Of a stretch of 64,000 bases of DNA, positions 1 through 12,499 are shown one piece after another. Position 1 is the first letter of the stretch. Each line of letters starts with the position of its first letter. Source of the stretch: Heterodontus francisci (Eukaryota); NCBI RefSeq assembly GCF_036365525.1, contig NC_090393.1, positions 54,700,488 through 54,764,487 of the forward strand, given 5' to 3'. Below the pieces are notes generated by a model that saw nothing but the letters and a program-made list of their open reading frames with translations, had not been told where the DNA came from and did no database searches. The position numbers were made by a program, and so were the translations under genes.

Positions 1-2495
1 ATGCAGTGATATCGGCTAAGATTCAGTTAGAAACAAAAAAAACTTGAGGCAGAAAAAGTATTAAGAAATCTTGAATTGGAAAAAGAGGAAAGGGAAAAAG
101 ATAAAAACAATAGCATTAAGAAAACTTGAACTTCAGAGAGAGAGAGAGTGAAAGAGAAGACAGGCAATTTAAATTAAAAGAAATGGAACTATGACAAAAG
201 AGTAGTCTTGAATCCAGGGAAAATTCAGGTCAGGAAGAGTCTGAGTTTAGATCAGGACTCAGTGAGAAGTTGTTCAGGTTTATATAGGCTCTTCCTAAGT
301 TCGAGGAAAGGGATGTAGAGGCATTTTTCATATCTTTTGAAAAAATAGCTAAACAGATGAAATGACCGAAAGAAAGCTGGACATTGCTCATGCACGCAGG
401 CTGGTAGGTAGAGCTCATGAAGCTTATGCCATGCTTTCTGAAGAGGCTTCTGCAGATTATTAAATGGCAAAAAAGGCTATTCTCACTGCGTATGGGTTAG
501 TCCCTGAAGCTTACTGTCAGAAGTTTAGGAACTTACAGAGAATGACTAGGCAGACATATTAAGAATTTGAGAGGGTGAAGCAAATTAATTTTGACCGTTA
601 GATATGGGCATTCAAGATAGAAACCACATATGAGGACCTTCGAGAATTGATTCTCTTAGAAGTGTTTAAAAACTCCATTCCTTCAGTAGTGAGAACTCAT
701 ATAGATAACCTGAAACTTTTGAAAGCTAGGCAAGCAGCAGAGATTGCTGATGATTCTGAGCTTGTGAATAAGCCAACCTATTTTGTCCGTCACCACCATA
801 AACCCGAGAAGGATAGAAAGTGGAAGAGTAAAAGGAAGGCAAGTAGCCGGGCACAAGAAGGAACAGCTGAGAATGCCCCAGCATCACCTTCTCAGGTCAG
901 AAAGGAACGTGCTGGTGTAGAAGTGAGGTTCACAACTCAAGATGTTATCATTGCAACAACAGGGGTCATCTTCATTCAGAGAGCTGGAAATTGCGAGGTA
1001 AACGCATAGGACTTGTTGGGGTAAGCAAAGTTAGTGCAGAGGAAAGACTCCCTGACTGAGAGTACAGAAGACCAGGCTATAGCTTTAACGACAGCTGTGA
1101 ATGTGAAGCCAGAACTAAAACTAAGAGGATTGTAGAGGTTAAGAATAAAATAGCTGAGAGTTGTAATGATTTTTTGACAAAGGGGGAGTAACTCTGTATC
1201 CTGTAAGTGAGGCAGGAAATCCTCAGGGATACAGGAGCGACCCAAACACTCTTGCTGGAGAAAGATATGAAGTTTTCACCAGACAGCATCTTGAATGCTG
1301 AGGTTTTAGTAAATGCAATTGGCGGGGTGTGTATACCCATACCTTTGCATAGAGAGTGACTTAATAACTGGGATAGTAACAGTAGGTGTTGTTCAGAGTT
1401 TACTAGTAAAGGGAATTGATCGACTCCTAGGAAATGATTTGGCTGGATCAAAAATATCAGTTTTTCCTATAGTTACAGAGGAACCATGTGAAGTTAAGGA
1501 AATGGAGCAATTACAGGAGCACATTCCAGGAATATTTCCTGCGTTACGAGCAATGGCTAAACAGGATCCATTGTTGGAGTTAAAAGGGACACCACAAATA
1601 GATAATCAGGCATCTGAAACCTTATTTGGGGATTTAGATAATCCAAATCAGATGTTTAACAGATTGTCTATCATTGCAGCACAGCAAGCTGATCCAGAGA
1701 TCTACCAAATAGTATAGACAGCTCTGTCAGAAGCCGAGGTGAAAGGAGTTCTGGAAGGCTATTATATGGCAAATTGGGTTTTGTGGAGGAAATGGAGACC
1801 GCCTCACAGACATGCTGACAAAGACTGGACAGTTGTTGAACAGATAATGTACCACCTAATGTACCAATCGCCAAGGATTATTAAGGTTAGCACACGACAT
1901 TCCCTTTTCAGGACATAGGGGAATTCAGAAGAACAAATCATACATAAGCAAACATTATTACTGGCCAGGTCTTACAAAGGTGTCAGACAATTTTGTAGAA
2001 AATGCCACACCTCTCAAACGGTGGGAAAACGACACCTACAATTGAAAGTGTTCGCAAGTTGTTAATTGTTGAAATCCGTCATGGAAGAAGGAAAGCACCA
2101 CCTGCTGCTGGAGTTAGACTATGGACTGTTCTACTGTGGAAGAACCTTTTTTTTTGCATCGGACGGCTGGGAGGACTTCAAGCAACATTGGACTGTAAAT
2201 TTGCAAGGACTCTATTTTTTTCTAGTTTAAATGTTGTTTCTATTTTCATAATGTTTAAGAATTTAATTCTTCTTATTAAAGAGTTAATTTAAAAGCACCT
2301 GGTTTGGTTCACCTCATGCGGGGGGTTAATAGTTGGTCCAATTTTTTGGGGTCTTCCTTTAATTTGGAAAGTTTTAAATGCTATGTTTGGCAATCTGTGG
2401 AGCAACGGGATTGAAATTAACAGTGCGTTTCTGCTACCACAATCAGAATCGTATATTTTGATTGGGGGTTTTGACTGGAGTGATCAGTCATAACA
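1..2495 (+). mobile_element. Degenerate Gmr1-like Ty3/Gypsy retrotransposon (gag, protease, integrase Zn-binding part, LTR end); copy at ~30390-32996
   Basis: Gag-like FEERDVEAFFISFEKIAKQMK...AYGLVPEAYCQKFRNL; protease ILRDTGATQTLL (~1220-1255); integrase HHCC region LAHDIPFSGH...YYWPG...CRKCHT after the protease; ends in ...gtcataaca like the solo LTR end; many stops and frameshifts. Confidence 0.8.
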
Positions 2496-2830
2496 TCGCA
2501 CAGGCCATTGGTATGCTGAAGATGCGCTTCCACTGCCTCAATAGATCTGCTGGAGCCCGACAGTATGCACCACACAGGTTTGTGTGCATCGTTGTAGTCT
2601 GCTGCGTTCAACACAACATCATTCTACAGAGTGGTATGGCCCTGCAAAATGAAGAAATATGGGAGCTTGAGACATCCTCTGACGATGAGGACACAGAGGG
2701 CAAAACAAGGACAGGCAAAGATGGGTAATCAGAGAGCAGTGATGGAGGCCAGACATGATGAGCAGCGAGCAAGGAAGGCAAGGCACAGACTGATAATTGT
2801 GTATTTTCACAACCAACAATTTCAATAAAA
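2496..2830 (+). mobile_element. PIF/Harbinger transposase C-terminal remnant; copy at ~32997-33331
   Basis: IAQAIGMLKMRFHCLNRSAGARQYAPHRFVCIVVVCCVQHNI plus acidic tail, resembling the HARBI1/DDE_Tnp_4 C terminus. Confidence 0.75.
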
Positions 2831-2959
2831 ATGTTTGCGAACAAAACTCACTATCGTGCATGCAGTCTCAAGTCTTCGCCCTCCATTACGGCTATCTCTC
2901 CAGCATGACTCGCACCCTGAATATCCATATGTGTCAAGATGTCTTTATAACATGTTTGT

Positions 2960-5900
2960 CATAAAGTCATAGAGTCATAGCGTCGTACAGCATAAAAACA
3001 GGCCCTTCGGCCCACAGCATCCATGCTGACCATAATGCCTAAATATACTAATCCCACCTGCCTGCATTAATTCCATATCCCTCTATGCCTTGCTCATTCA
3101 AGTACCTGTCCAGATGCCTCTGAAATGTCGCTACTGTTCCTGCCTCCACCACCTTTTCAGGCAGTTCATTCCAGATATCCACTATTCCTTGTGTGAAAAA
3201 TTTACCCCTTTGATCCCCTTTAAACCTCCTCCCTCTCACCTTAAATCTATGCCGTCTAGTTTTATTCACCCCTACCATGGGAAACACACTCTGGATATCT
3301 ACCCTATCTTTGCCTTTCATAATTTTATATACCTCTATCATGTCCCCTGTCAGCCTCCTTCGCTCAAGGAGCAACAGACCAAGCCTATCCAATCTCTCTT
3401 TATAACTCAAGTTCTCCAAACCAGGCAACATCCTTGTGAATCTTTTGTGCACACTCTCTAGCTTAATCACATCTTTCTTGTAGTGCGGCGACCAGAACTT
3501 CACACAATGCTCCAAATGTGGCCTAACCAACGTTCTGTACAACTGTAACATGATGTCCCAACTCTTGTACTCAATGTCTTGGCTGATGGAGGCAAGCATG
3601 CCATATGCCTTCTTCACCACCCTATCTACCTGTGTTGCCACTTTCAGGGAACTATGTACTTGCACCACAAGGTCTTTCTGCTCAAGAACACTCCCCAGGG
3701 CCCTGCCATTCACTGTATATGTCCTGCCCTGGTTTAACTTCCCAAAATGCTTCACTTTACACTTGTCTGCATTAAATTCTATTTGCCACTCTCTTGCCAC
3801 TTTCCCAGTTAATCTATATCCTGTTGTAACCTTAGACAACCTTCTTCACTGTCCACCATACCACCAATTTTGGTGCTATCTGCAAACCTACTAATCATGC
3901 CACTTACATTCACATCCAAGTCATTAATATATATGACCAGCAGCAGAGGGCCCAGCACCGATCCCTGCAGCACACAACTGGTCACCGGCCTCCAATCTGA
4001 AAAACAACCCTCCACTACCACCTCTGCCTCCTATCACCAAGCCAATTTTGGATCCAATTTGCTAGCTCACCCTGGATCCCATGTGTTCGAACATTCTGGA
4101 CCAGCCTACCATGCGGGACCTTGTCAAAGGTCTTGCTAAAGTCCATGTAGACGACATCCATCGCCCTGCACTCGTCAATCCTCTTGGTCACCTCCTCGAA
4201 AAACTCAATCAAATTTGTGACACATGATTTCCCAGGCACAAAGCCATGCTGACTATCCCTAATCAGACCACGTCTTTCCAGATGCATATAAATCCTGTCT
4301 CTCAGAATCCCTTCCAATAGCATTCCCACCACTGATGTAAGGCACACCGGCCTGTAGTTCCCTGGCTTATCCCTGCTGCCCTTCTTCAATAAAGGCACAG
4401 CATTAGCTATCCTCCAGTCTCCCAGTACCTAACCCGTGGCTAACAATGATACAAAAATCTCTGCCAGGGCCCCAGCAATCTCCTCCCTTGCTTCCCATAG
4501 CATCCTAGGATACATCTGGTCAGGCCCTGGGGATTTATCCATCTTAATGCACTTCAAAACCTCCAACACCTCTTCCTTTCTAATGTTCCTATGCGCCAGG
4601 ATATCGCTGTTCCCTCCCTTGAACTCATGATCTTCCATGACCTTAAATACGGATGAGAAATATTCAGTTAAGACTTTGCCCATTTCCCGTGGCTCCACAC
4701 ATAGATTGCCACACTGATCCTTAAGGGGACCTACCCTCTCCCTAGCTACCTTTTTACTCTTAATATACTTATGGAATCTTTTAGGATTCTCCTTTATCTT
4801 ATCTGCCAGGGAAATCTCATGGCCCCTCTACACCCTCCTAATTTCCTTCTTAAGTGTAGTCCTACATCCCCTATACTCCTCGAGGGACTCATTCGATCCC
4901 AGCTGCCTATACCTGACATATGCCTCCTTCTTTGACTGACCAGTCCCTCAATATCCCTCGTCAACCAAGGTTCCCTGAACTTGCCAGCCTTGCCCTTCCA
5001 TCTAACAGGAACATGCCAGCCCTGAATTCTTCCTATCTCACTTTTAAAAGCCTCCCACTTGCCAGACGTCCCTTTACCTGTAAACAGCCTCTCCCATTCG
5101 ATCTTTGAGAGTTTCTGTCTGATGCCATCGAAATTAGGCTTCCCCCAATTTAGGACTTCAACCTGAGGACCAGTCCTATCCTTTGCCATAACTATCTTGA
5201 AGCTAATAGAGTTATGGTCACTGGTCCCAAAGTGCTCCCCCACTGACACATCAACCACCTGCCCATCCTCATTTCCTAAGAGGAGGTCGAGTGTAGCCCC
5301 TTGTCTAGTAGGGCCATCCACATACTGATTCAGAAAACTATCCTGGACACACTTAACAAATTGTTCCCCATCTGATCCCTTTGCACTAAGGCAGTCCCAG
5401 TCAATATTAGGGAAGTTAAAATCACCTATGAATACAACCCTATAATCCCTATACCTATCTGTGATTTCCCTACATATATGCTCCTCCACTTCCCTCTGAC
5501 TATTGGGGGGCCTATAGTATAATCCCATCAAAGTGCTCACCCCTTTCTTATTTCTAAGTTCTACCCATGTGGCCTCGCTGGGCATTACTCCCGGGATATC
5601 CTCTCTAAGTACTGCCGTGATGTCCTCCTGAATCAATAGTGCAATTCACCCTCCTCTCTTACCTCTAGCTCTGTCACACCGGAAGGATCAGTACTCCAGA
5701 ACATTGAGCTGCCAGTCCTGCCCATCCCTCAAACACGTTTCCATAACTGCTATAATATCACCATCCCATGTGCTGATCCATGCTCTGAGTTCATCTGCCT
5801 TCCCTGTAAGGCATTAAAATAAATGGAGTTGAGCCGATCAGACTTTCCACGCTCCCTGTCCTGCCCCTGCCACGCCTGCCTACTGGACTTGCTTGCTTTA

Positions 5901-6830
5901 ACCTCAACATTTGCCTCAACTAACTCATCGGAGAGACTACTACTTGTCCCGAGCCCCTGCAAGACTAGTTTAAACCCTCCCAAGTAATACTAGCAAACCT
6001 CCCCGCAAGGGAAGGTTAACTCTGATATTAAACATTGTGGTTACACTGATATTAAACACTGTGGTTACTCTGATATTAAACATTGTGGTTACTCTGATAT
6101 TAAACATTGTGGTTACACTGATATTAAACATTGTGGTTACTCTGATATTAAACATTGTGGTTACTCTGATATTAAACATTGTGGTTACTCTGATATTAAA
6201 TTGTTGCTTTCCCCTGGGAGGTCATGCCCCCCAACAGTATCCAAAGCGGTATATCTCTTTGAGAGGGGGATGGCCAAAGGGCACTCCTGCACTACCTGCC
6301 TGCGCCTACTACTCTGTCTGGTGGTCACCCATCTCTTTTCTGCCTGTGCAGCCATTACCTGCGGTGTCACCACCTCACTAAACATGCTATCCACGACGTC
6401 CTCAGCATCACAGATGCTCCACAGTGAATCCACCTGCAGCTCCAGCTCTGTCATGCGAGTAGCCAGTAGCTGCAGCTGGATACACTTCCAGCACACATGG
6501 TCATCAGGGACAAAGGAAGCATCCCTGATTTCCCATGAAGCGCAGGAAGAGCATATCACGGGGCTGAGTTCTCCTGTCATGACTTACCCTTAGATTAATT
6601 CGTTACTCCCTTAATTAAAAATACTAATTACACTAAGGGCCTTTTTCTACCCACTTCAATCTAAAGTCATTTTAAAAAACACTTTAGTAGTACTCACCTT
6701 ATCACCAGAGGTTTTTTTTCCAACAAAAAAAGCAACATTCCCCTGATTTTTTAAAGATATTCTGACAGTTGATACTCACCAACCAATCACCTTGCAGCTC
6801 TCCTATGACGTCACTGTTGTTGTTTTTTCA
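2960..6830 (-). mobile_element. Near full-length decayed CR1 LINE; copy at ~33461-37235
   Basis: ORF1 Zn finger CSSC...CWKC; APE motifs GDFNFPNIDW, LDLLL, SDHN; RT motifs YRPVCLTS, QHGF, DFSKTFDKVPH, QGSVLGP, FADS; 3' tail near 2960-3010; frameshifted. Confidence 0.95.
6014..6200 (+). repeat. 24-bp minisatellite GTGGTTACTCTGATATTAAACATT, ~8 units
   Basis: Direct tandem repeats; produces the spurious VVTLILNI / MFNIRVTT ORFs. Confidence 0.97.
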
Positions 6831-8799
6831 AAACTCCTGCGCGCTGGAAGAGGTTCGACTGCTTTCCGCTCCCGGGAAGGTGTGTGCTTCTTCTCCATGC
6901 ACCCTCTTTGCTAACAGCTGGACTGGAGGCAGGCTGTTGATCAGGATGCTTTTTGGCCTGGGATGACTTCGGCGGTCATCTTCTGGGTCCCTGAGGCCTG
7001 GAAGGCCCGGCTACCCTGGAGGGCTTCTTGCACCAGTTTTGTACTGTCCTCACACATCATAGCTCCTGGAGCTGGACTCACTGGCGGAGGTGCTGAGGAG
7101 CCCGTGTCCATACTCGAATCACCTTGAGGCGAGATCACAGATGCAGAACACAGTCTATCCTCCTCCATCTCAAGGTTCCTTGGAACCTCACAGGAATGGG
7201 AACACACTCTATGCTCCTGGTCTTTCTCTCACCCTGCCATTGCTGCACCCTTTGTTTAAACCATGATTTGACTCTGCCCGGAAAGTTTCCATCTCTCTTT
7301 TGTCGTCTCCAGTAATTTTCTATTATGTAAAGCCCTAAACAGTCAATCCTCCAAAAAAATGTTTGTATTTGCTGGAACACTCTTCATCTTATCTTAGTTG
7401 CACCATCTTTCCAAGGCCTAGTCATCAATAATTCAAAATGCCAGTGTCTCTCACTTGCCTGCACATCCTCTGTTGTATTTTACCTGATCACATTAATTGT
7501 ATTCTCTCAACTCAGCAAGTACAGCTTGATTATTTTAGAAACAGTGAAATCTACACAAGATATTTTGTTTGCAGTCCAGTTCGGTTCATGCAAGGCATGA
7601 CGGGGAACACGGCCAAGCTTTTTGCCGTGAATTCATTTGAAAAGATTTTCTTTTTCCTGCATCACCCTTTAAGTGCCTGGTGTGACCTGACATGCTATGA
7701 CATATCTAACATTTGATTGTTTTTGGATATCTACATCAGAAGTGGTTTTGATATTGTTATATCTCAGCTGTGCTACTGTTTGTTCCAGATCAGTTAATCT
7801 CCCGTTAAACTTTGATAAATGTTCCAGCGCGGGACTGCTATGAGCAAATTTAATAATATATTAAAGCTAGCTGGACCTAAGCACATTGATTTCAGGCGCG
7901 ACGGTAGCCAGTTGTTCTAACAATATGTTCCTCGACGATGGACTATTAAGCGCCTACATTTAATTAAAGCTGAACATAGTTACATACTGGTGTAATTGTT
8001 CTTTTAACTCATTAGTAGTATTCTATACAGATACATTTCCTAATTAAGCACCTATCCGAATAGGCAGGTAATGAATTTACTTGAGAAGGGAATATCATTC
8101 TTGGTTTTTCATAATCAGCCCCTTAGTAGCTATTGCTAACAGATTGGCATGACCCACCTGTCCATCACGTCACCGAATGACGTGCCTTATCTTTTTGCAG
8201 CTAAATGTAAGTTATTAGTACATAACTGCATACAACTCAGGCAACAGATTGTGATGCAATAAAATTATAATACATTGTACAGAAAGCTACAGTTTATGAT
8301 ATCCTCAACAAATCTTAAAATATTATCTAAACTCTGCCTTTACCCCTATCAATCTTATGTATAGCTCTTACTAATTATTATTTCTTTCTAGCCTGTAATT
8401 GACCCAATCCAAATTTTGATCCTTTTAATTCAATTTTACTCCTTCTGACCATTACCAAAGTGTTTAATTCTATCCTGATTGTTTTAAAGTCAGTTTCTCT
8501 ATGGGAGTATGGGTGAATGCCTTCATAACTAAAAATGTTGTCTCACTCTATTGGCCACAATAACTATTTCATGTTTTGCTGTTGTCAAGAAACTGTGCAT
8601 ATGAGACCTTTCCTTCAGTGCAAGTTTAGCCATGCATTTCTGCAAGTTATTTGCTTCACATGTAAGAAATCACATCTGCACAAATACCGATGTCCAATTC
8701 CGTGGGATCCGTTTTGGAGTCTCAGCTTTTTGCACGTAAATAAATGACCTGCATGTAGGAAAATAATATTGAAGTTCGCAGCTACCGTTAAGTTAGGAG

Positions 8800-9640
8800 A
8801 CACAGTACGTGTGTGGCAGGGAGCAAGAAATTACATAGTTAGACGAAGTGAATTGAGAAAACATTGACAGACGGAGTTCTATGCCAGAAAGTGTGACCTG
8901 AGAACAACAGAGAAGAATATTTTCTTAATACTGAGAAATTTGGATCCAGAGGAAGCAAAGGGATTTTCGGTGAGTATGTGCACAAATCATTAAAAGTTAA
9001 TGCACAGGTGCAAAAAGTAACCGAAAAGGTAAATGGGATGTTGATAATTTTTCCAAAGGAGAATGGAATTTAAAAGTGAGGAAGTAATGCTTCAGTTATA
9101 CACAGCCTTTGGCAGACTCCATCTGGAGTATTGCACCCGGAAGCTCAGTAAATATATGTTGGCCTTAAAAGGGATGCGGGGCAGATTCATCAATTCATTT
9201 GGCCTTTAAAGCATTAAGATGAGGATAGGTTGCATAAACGTGTCTTGTATTCCTTGAAATTAAGAAGATTGAAGGGTAATCTAATCTAATTATTTAAATG
9301 AATACAAAATTCGATAGGATCAATACAGAAAAACTATTTCTCTCACAGGGAATCCAAAAATTGAGGACATAATCTTACAGCTTTTTAATTTAAGAGTGAT
9401 GTCAAGAAGCACTTTTTCACCCAAATTTCATTGTTAATTTGAACCTTATTATATCGAAAGGCTGAGGATGCTGGGTCATTTGGAACTTCTAAGACTGAGT
9501 TGGAGTGGTTTTTTTTAGGTAAGTGTATCAAAGGATATGGAACAAATTTGTGTAAATGGAGTTGAGGTACAGATCATCTTTGATCTTATTGAATGCTGGA
9601 ACAGACTGGACTGGCTGATTTACCTATTTATTTTGATATG
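8800..9640 (+). mobile_element. Old CR1 3' fragment; copy at ~39205-40045
   Basis: Degenerate RT C-terminus (LQLYTAFGRLHLEYC) and CR1-like 3' UTR. Confidence 0.7.
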
Positions 9641-9649
9641 CTTCGAGTG

Positions 9650-11570
9650 TCATAGACCAATAGAGTTATTATGGCAGAGAAGGAGGCTATTCGGCCCATC
9701 AAGTTCAAGCCAGCTCTCTGTAGAGCAATGCAGTCAGCCCCATTCACCCTTACTAGCCATGTAGTCCTGGAAGTTTGTTTCCCTCATGTCTCTATCCAAC
9801 TTCCTTTTGAAATCTGAAACAAAAACAAGAAATGCTGGATTCACTCAGCAGGTCTGGCAGCATCTGTGGAAAGAGAAGCAGAGTTAACGTTTCGGGTCAG
9901 TGACCCTTCTTCGGAACACTTTTTGCTTTTATTTTCCTTTTGAAATCGTTTGATTGTCGCTGCTTCCACCTCACTCATAGTCAACAAGTTCCTGGTCATT
10001 ACCACTCGATAAGTAAAAGATTTCTTCCCCACATCTTCCCAGCAAATCATACCCAAAATCTTAAATCTGTATCCCCCAGTCCTTGTGCTATTAGCTAATG
10101 GGAAGAGCTTTTCCTTTTCTAGCTTATCTAAACCTGTCATAACCTTGTACATCTCTATCAGTTCTCCCGTCAACCTCCTTTGTTCCAGAGAACATCGCCA
10201 GCTTCTTCAACCTCACCTTATAGCTAAAGTCTCTCATCCCAGGAATCATTCTGGTAAAACTCCTCTGCACCGTCTCAAGGATCTTCCCATCCTTCCTCAT
10301 GTGTGGTGACCAGAACTGGATGCAATACTCTAGTTGTGGTCTAACTAGAGCTTTGTAAATGTTCATCTTAACTTTGCTGCTTTTGCACTCAATGCCTCTA
10401 TCGATGAAACCCAAGATCCCATATGCTTTGCTAACTATTCTACCAATACGTCCTGCCACCTTCAAAGATCTATATATATGAACACCCAGGTTCCTCTGTT
10501 GCTGCACATTCTTCAGAACTGAGCCATTAAGTATATATTGCCTCTCCCTATCCCTTCTGATAAAATGCATCACCTGACACTTGGCTGTATTAAATTTCAT
10601 CTACTATTTGTCTATTGTGCAAGCCTATCTAGGTCCTGTTGCTGTCTATGGGTATCTTCCTCAATATTTGCCACACCTCCATGTTTGTTACATGGCAAAT
10701 TTTGAAACTTTACTCCGTATTCTAAGATCCAAGTCATTTATACCTATCAAAAAGGAATGATCATAGCACTGACCCTTGGGGAACACCACTGTCTACCATC
10801 CTCCTAAAAAGCAACCATTTACCGCAACTTGCTGTTTTCTGTCTTGAAGCCAATTTTTTTTTACGTCCAAGCTGGCCCTGACCCATCTAATCCATGAGTT
10901 TCAACTTTTTAACTAGCCTTGTCAAATGCTTTCTTACAATCCATTTTGACAACTTTCATTGCATTCCATGAATCAACCTTCTTTATCACTTCATCAAAAT
11001 TTCAAATAAATTTGTCAACTACGATCTGCATTTTACAAATCCATGCTGGCTCTTTTTCATCAGCTCAAACCGCACCAAGTCCCTGTTGATTTATGTTTCA
11101 TGACTATTATTTCTAAAATGTTACCCACCACTGATGTTAAACTGATTGGCCTGTACTGACTAGGAATGTCCTTACACCCTTTCGTGAACATTTGCCACTT
11201 TCCAATCCTCTGGCATCTCCCCCATATCTGGGGAAGATTGGAATGTTATGGCAAGACCTTCTGCTATCTCCACTCCCAGTTCCTTTAGCAACCTGGGACG
11301 AAAGCCATCTGGGCTAGGTGATTTATCCATAGCCAGCATTTCCAGTACATCCTGCTTATTAATTTTCACCACATTCATTTCCTCTACCGTCTCCGTTTCT
11401 ACTGATATTTTGTCAGCATCATCTTCCTTAGTAAACATCTAAGTACTCAATAAGTGCTCTAGCTTTTCCCAGTACCTCTAAGCATATATCACCTTCTTTG
11501 TCCCTAATCGGCCTCACAGTGCCTCTTACTATTGCTTACTATTACATGTTGGTAGAAGATTTTTGGGTTC
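9650..11570 (-). mobile_element. Decayed CR1 fragment; copy at ~40055-41975
   Basis: MKFNTAKCQVMHF...YKALVRPQLEYCIQFWSP; DKSPSPDGFRPRLLKE...PEDWKVANV. Confidence 0.9.
9815..9933 (-). mobile_element. Very short PLE terminal insertion with 14-bp TSD; copy at 40220-40338
   Basis: TSD ttccttttgaaatc at 9801-9814 and 9934-9947; matches the end of the PLE at 16060. Confidence 0.85.
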
Positions 11571-11606
11571 CCCATTATGTTAACTGCCACTCCCACCTCA
11601 CCACTA

Positions 11607-12497
11607 TGTTACGACCACAGCAGGAGCAACACATTGTCAATTCAGTCCCCTCACTCCACAGGTCGCAGCATACTATTAAGCTTTCACACCCAATTGGAAA
11701 ACAGCCAAATTAAACACTCTAGTAACCCAAGAATGAAACAGACCAAACTAGGTATCTTTAGAGAACAATAAATTAACTATTTATTAAAACTAAATCTTAA
11801 ACACTATAAAGATATAATTATGTCCAAAGACCTTATAACTTCTTATTTTAATCTAAGTGCCCCATGCAAGCACATACATTCAAAAACTAACAGTTAATCA
11901 GTTTTATAAGTGGTGTTTTAAAAATTACCTGTCTCTTAAGAATAAATAAAATAAGTAAGTTTTTGCAGGTTATGTTGCTGATGGATGAGGTCTTCTAATG
12001 TGAAAATAGTTAAAGGCCACTCGAAGTCTTCATCTGGATTTGATGAAAATAGTCGTTCAGTCGATAGGTATTCAACTCTTCAGCTGCAGCAAGCATTAAA
12101 CAGTTCTTTGAATGATAAGCACAGCAATACAAACGGTTTCTTCCAAAAGAAGGCTTTTTCTTCTTTACTCAGGGAATTAACTTGGTTGGTAGCTCCTTGT
12201 CGAATTTTTGGCTGAGAGGGAAAGTACAGTTTTCTCTCTTCAGTACGCTTCACTGGAAAATCTCTCAACACTGACTGGTGTCAGCTGGTTTCTGCCAGTT
12301 CCACACACAGTCAAAGTGGAAGCATCATACCATGTGAACTCTCTCTCCTGCTGTTGCCCAGGGTAAAATAATGCACCTGTGGCACACTGTGTCCCCAGAC
12401 CTTTCTCTCCCTTAAAGGTACACTGTTTTTAACAGAGTCTTAAAAGTCCACACACTGTTTTTAATCCAAGGAGAAAAATAGTTACACGTCTGTGACA
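11607..12497 (-). mobile_element. Solo LTR (~890 bp); copy at 42012-42902
   Basis: TGTTAC...GTGACA termini, flanks acta/actg (4-bp TSD with one mismatch), no coding content. Confidence 0.7.
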
Positions 12498-12499
12498 AC

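Noticed and set aside
6014-6200. 24-bp array as a CRISPR array, RSS array or repeat protein
   Set aside because: No unique spacers and eukaryotic context; the CACTGTG/CATTGTG heptamer-like words have no nonamer at 12 or 23 bp; the ORFs are by-products of the repeat.
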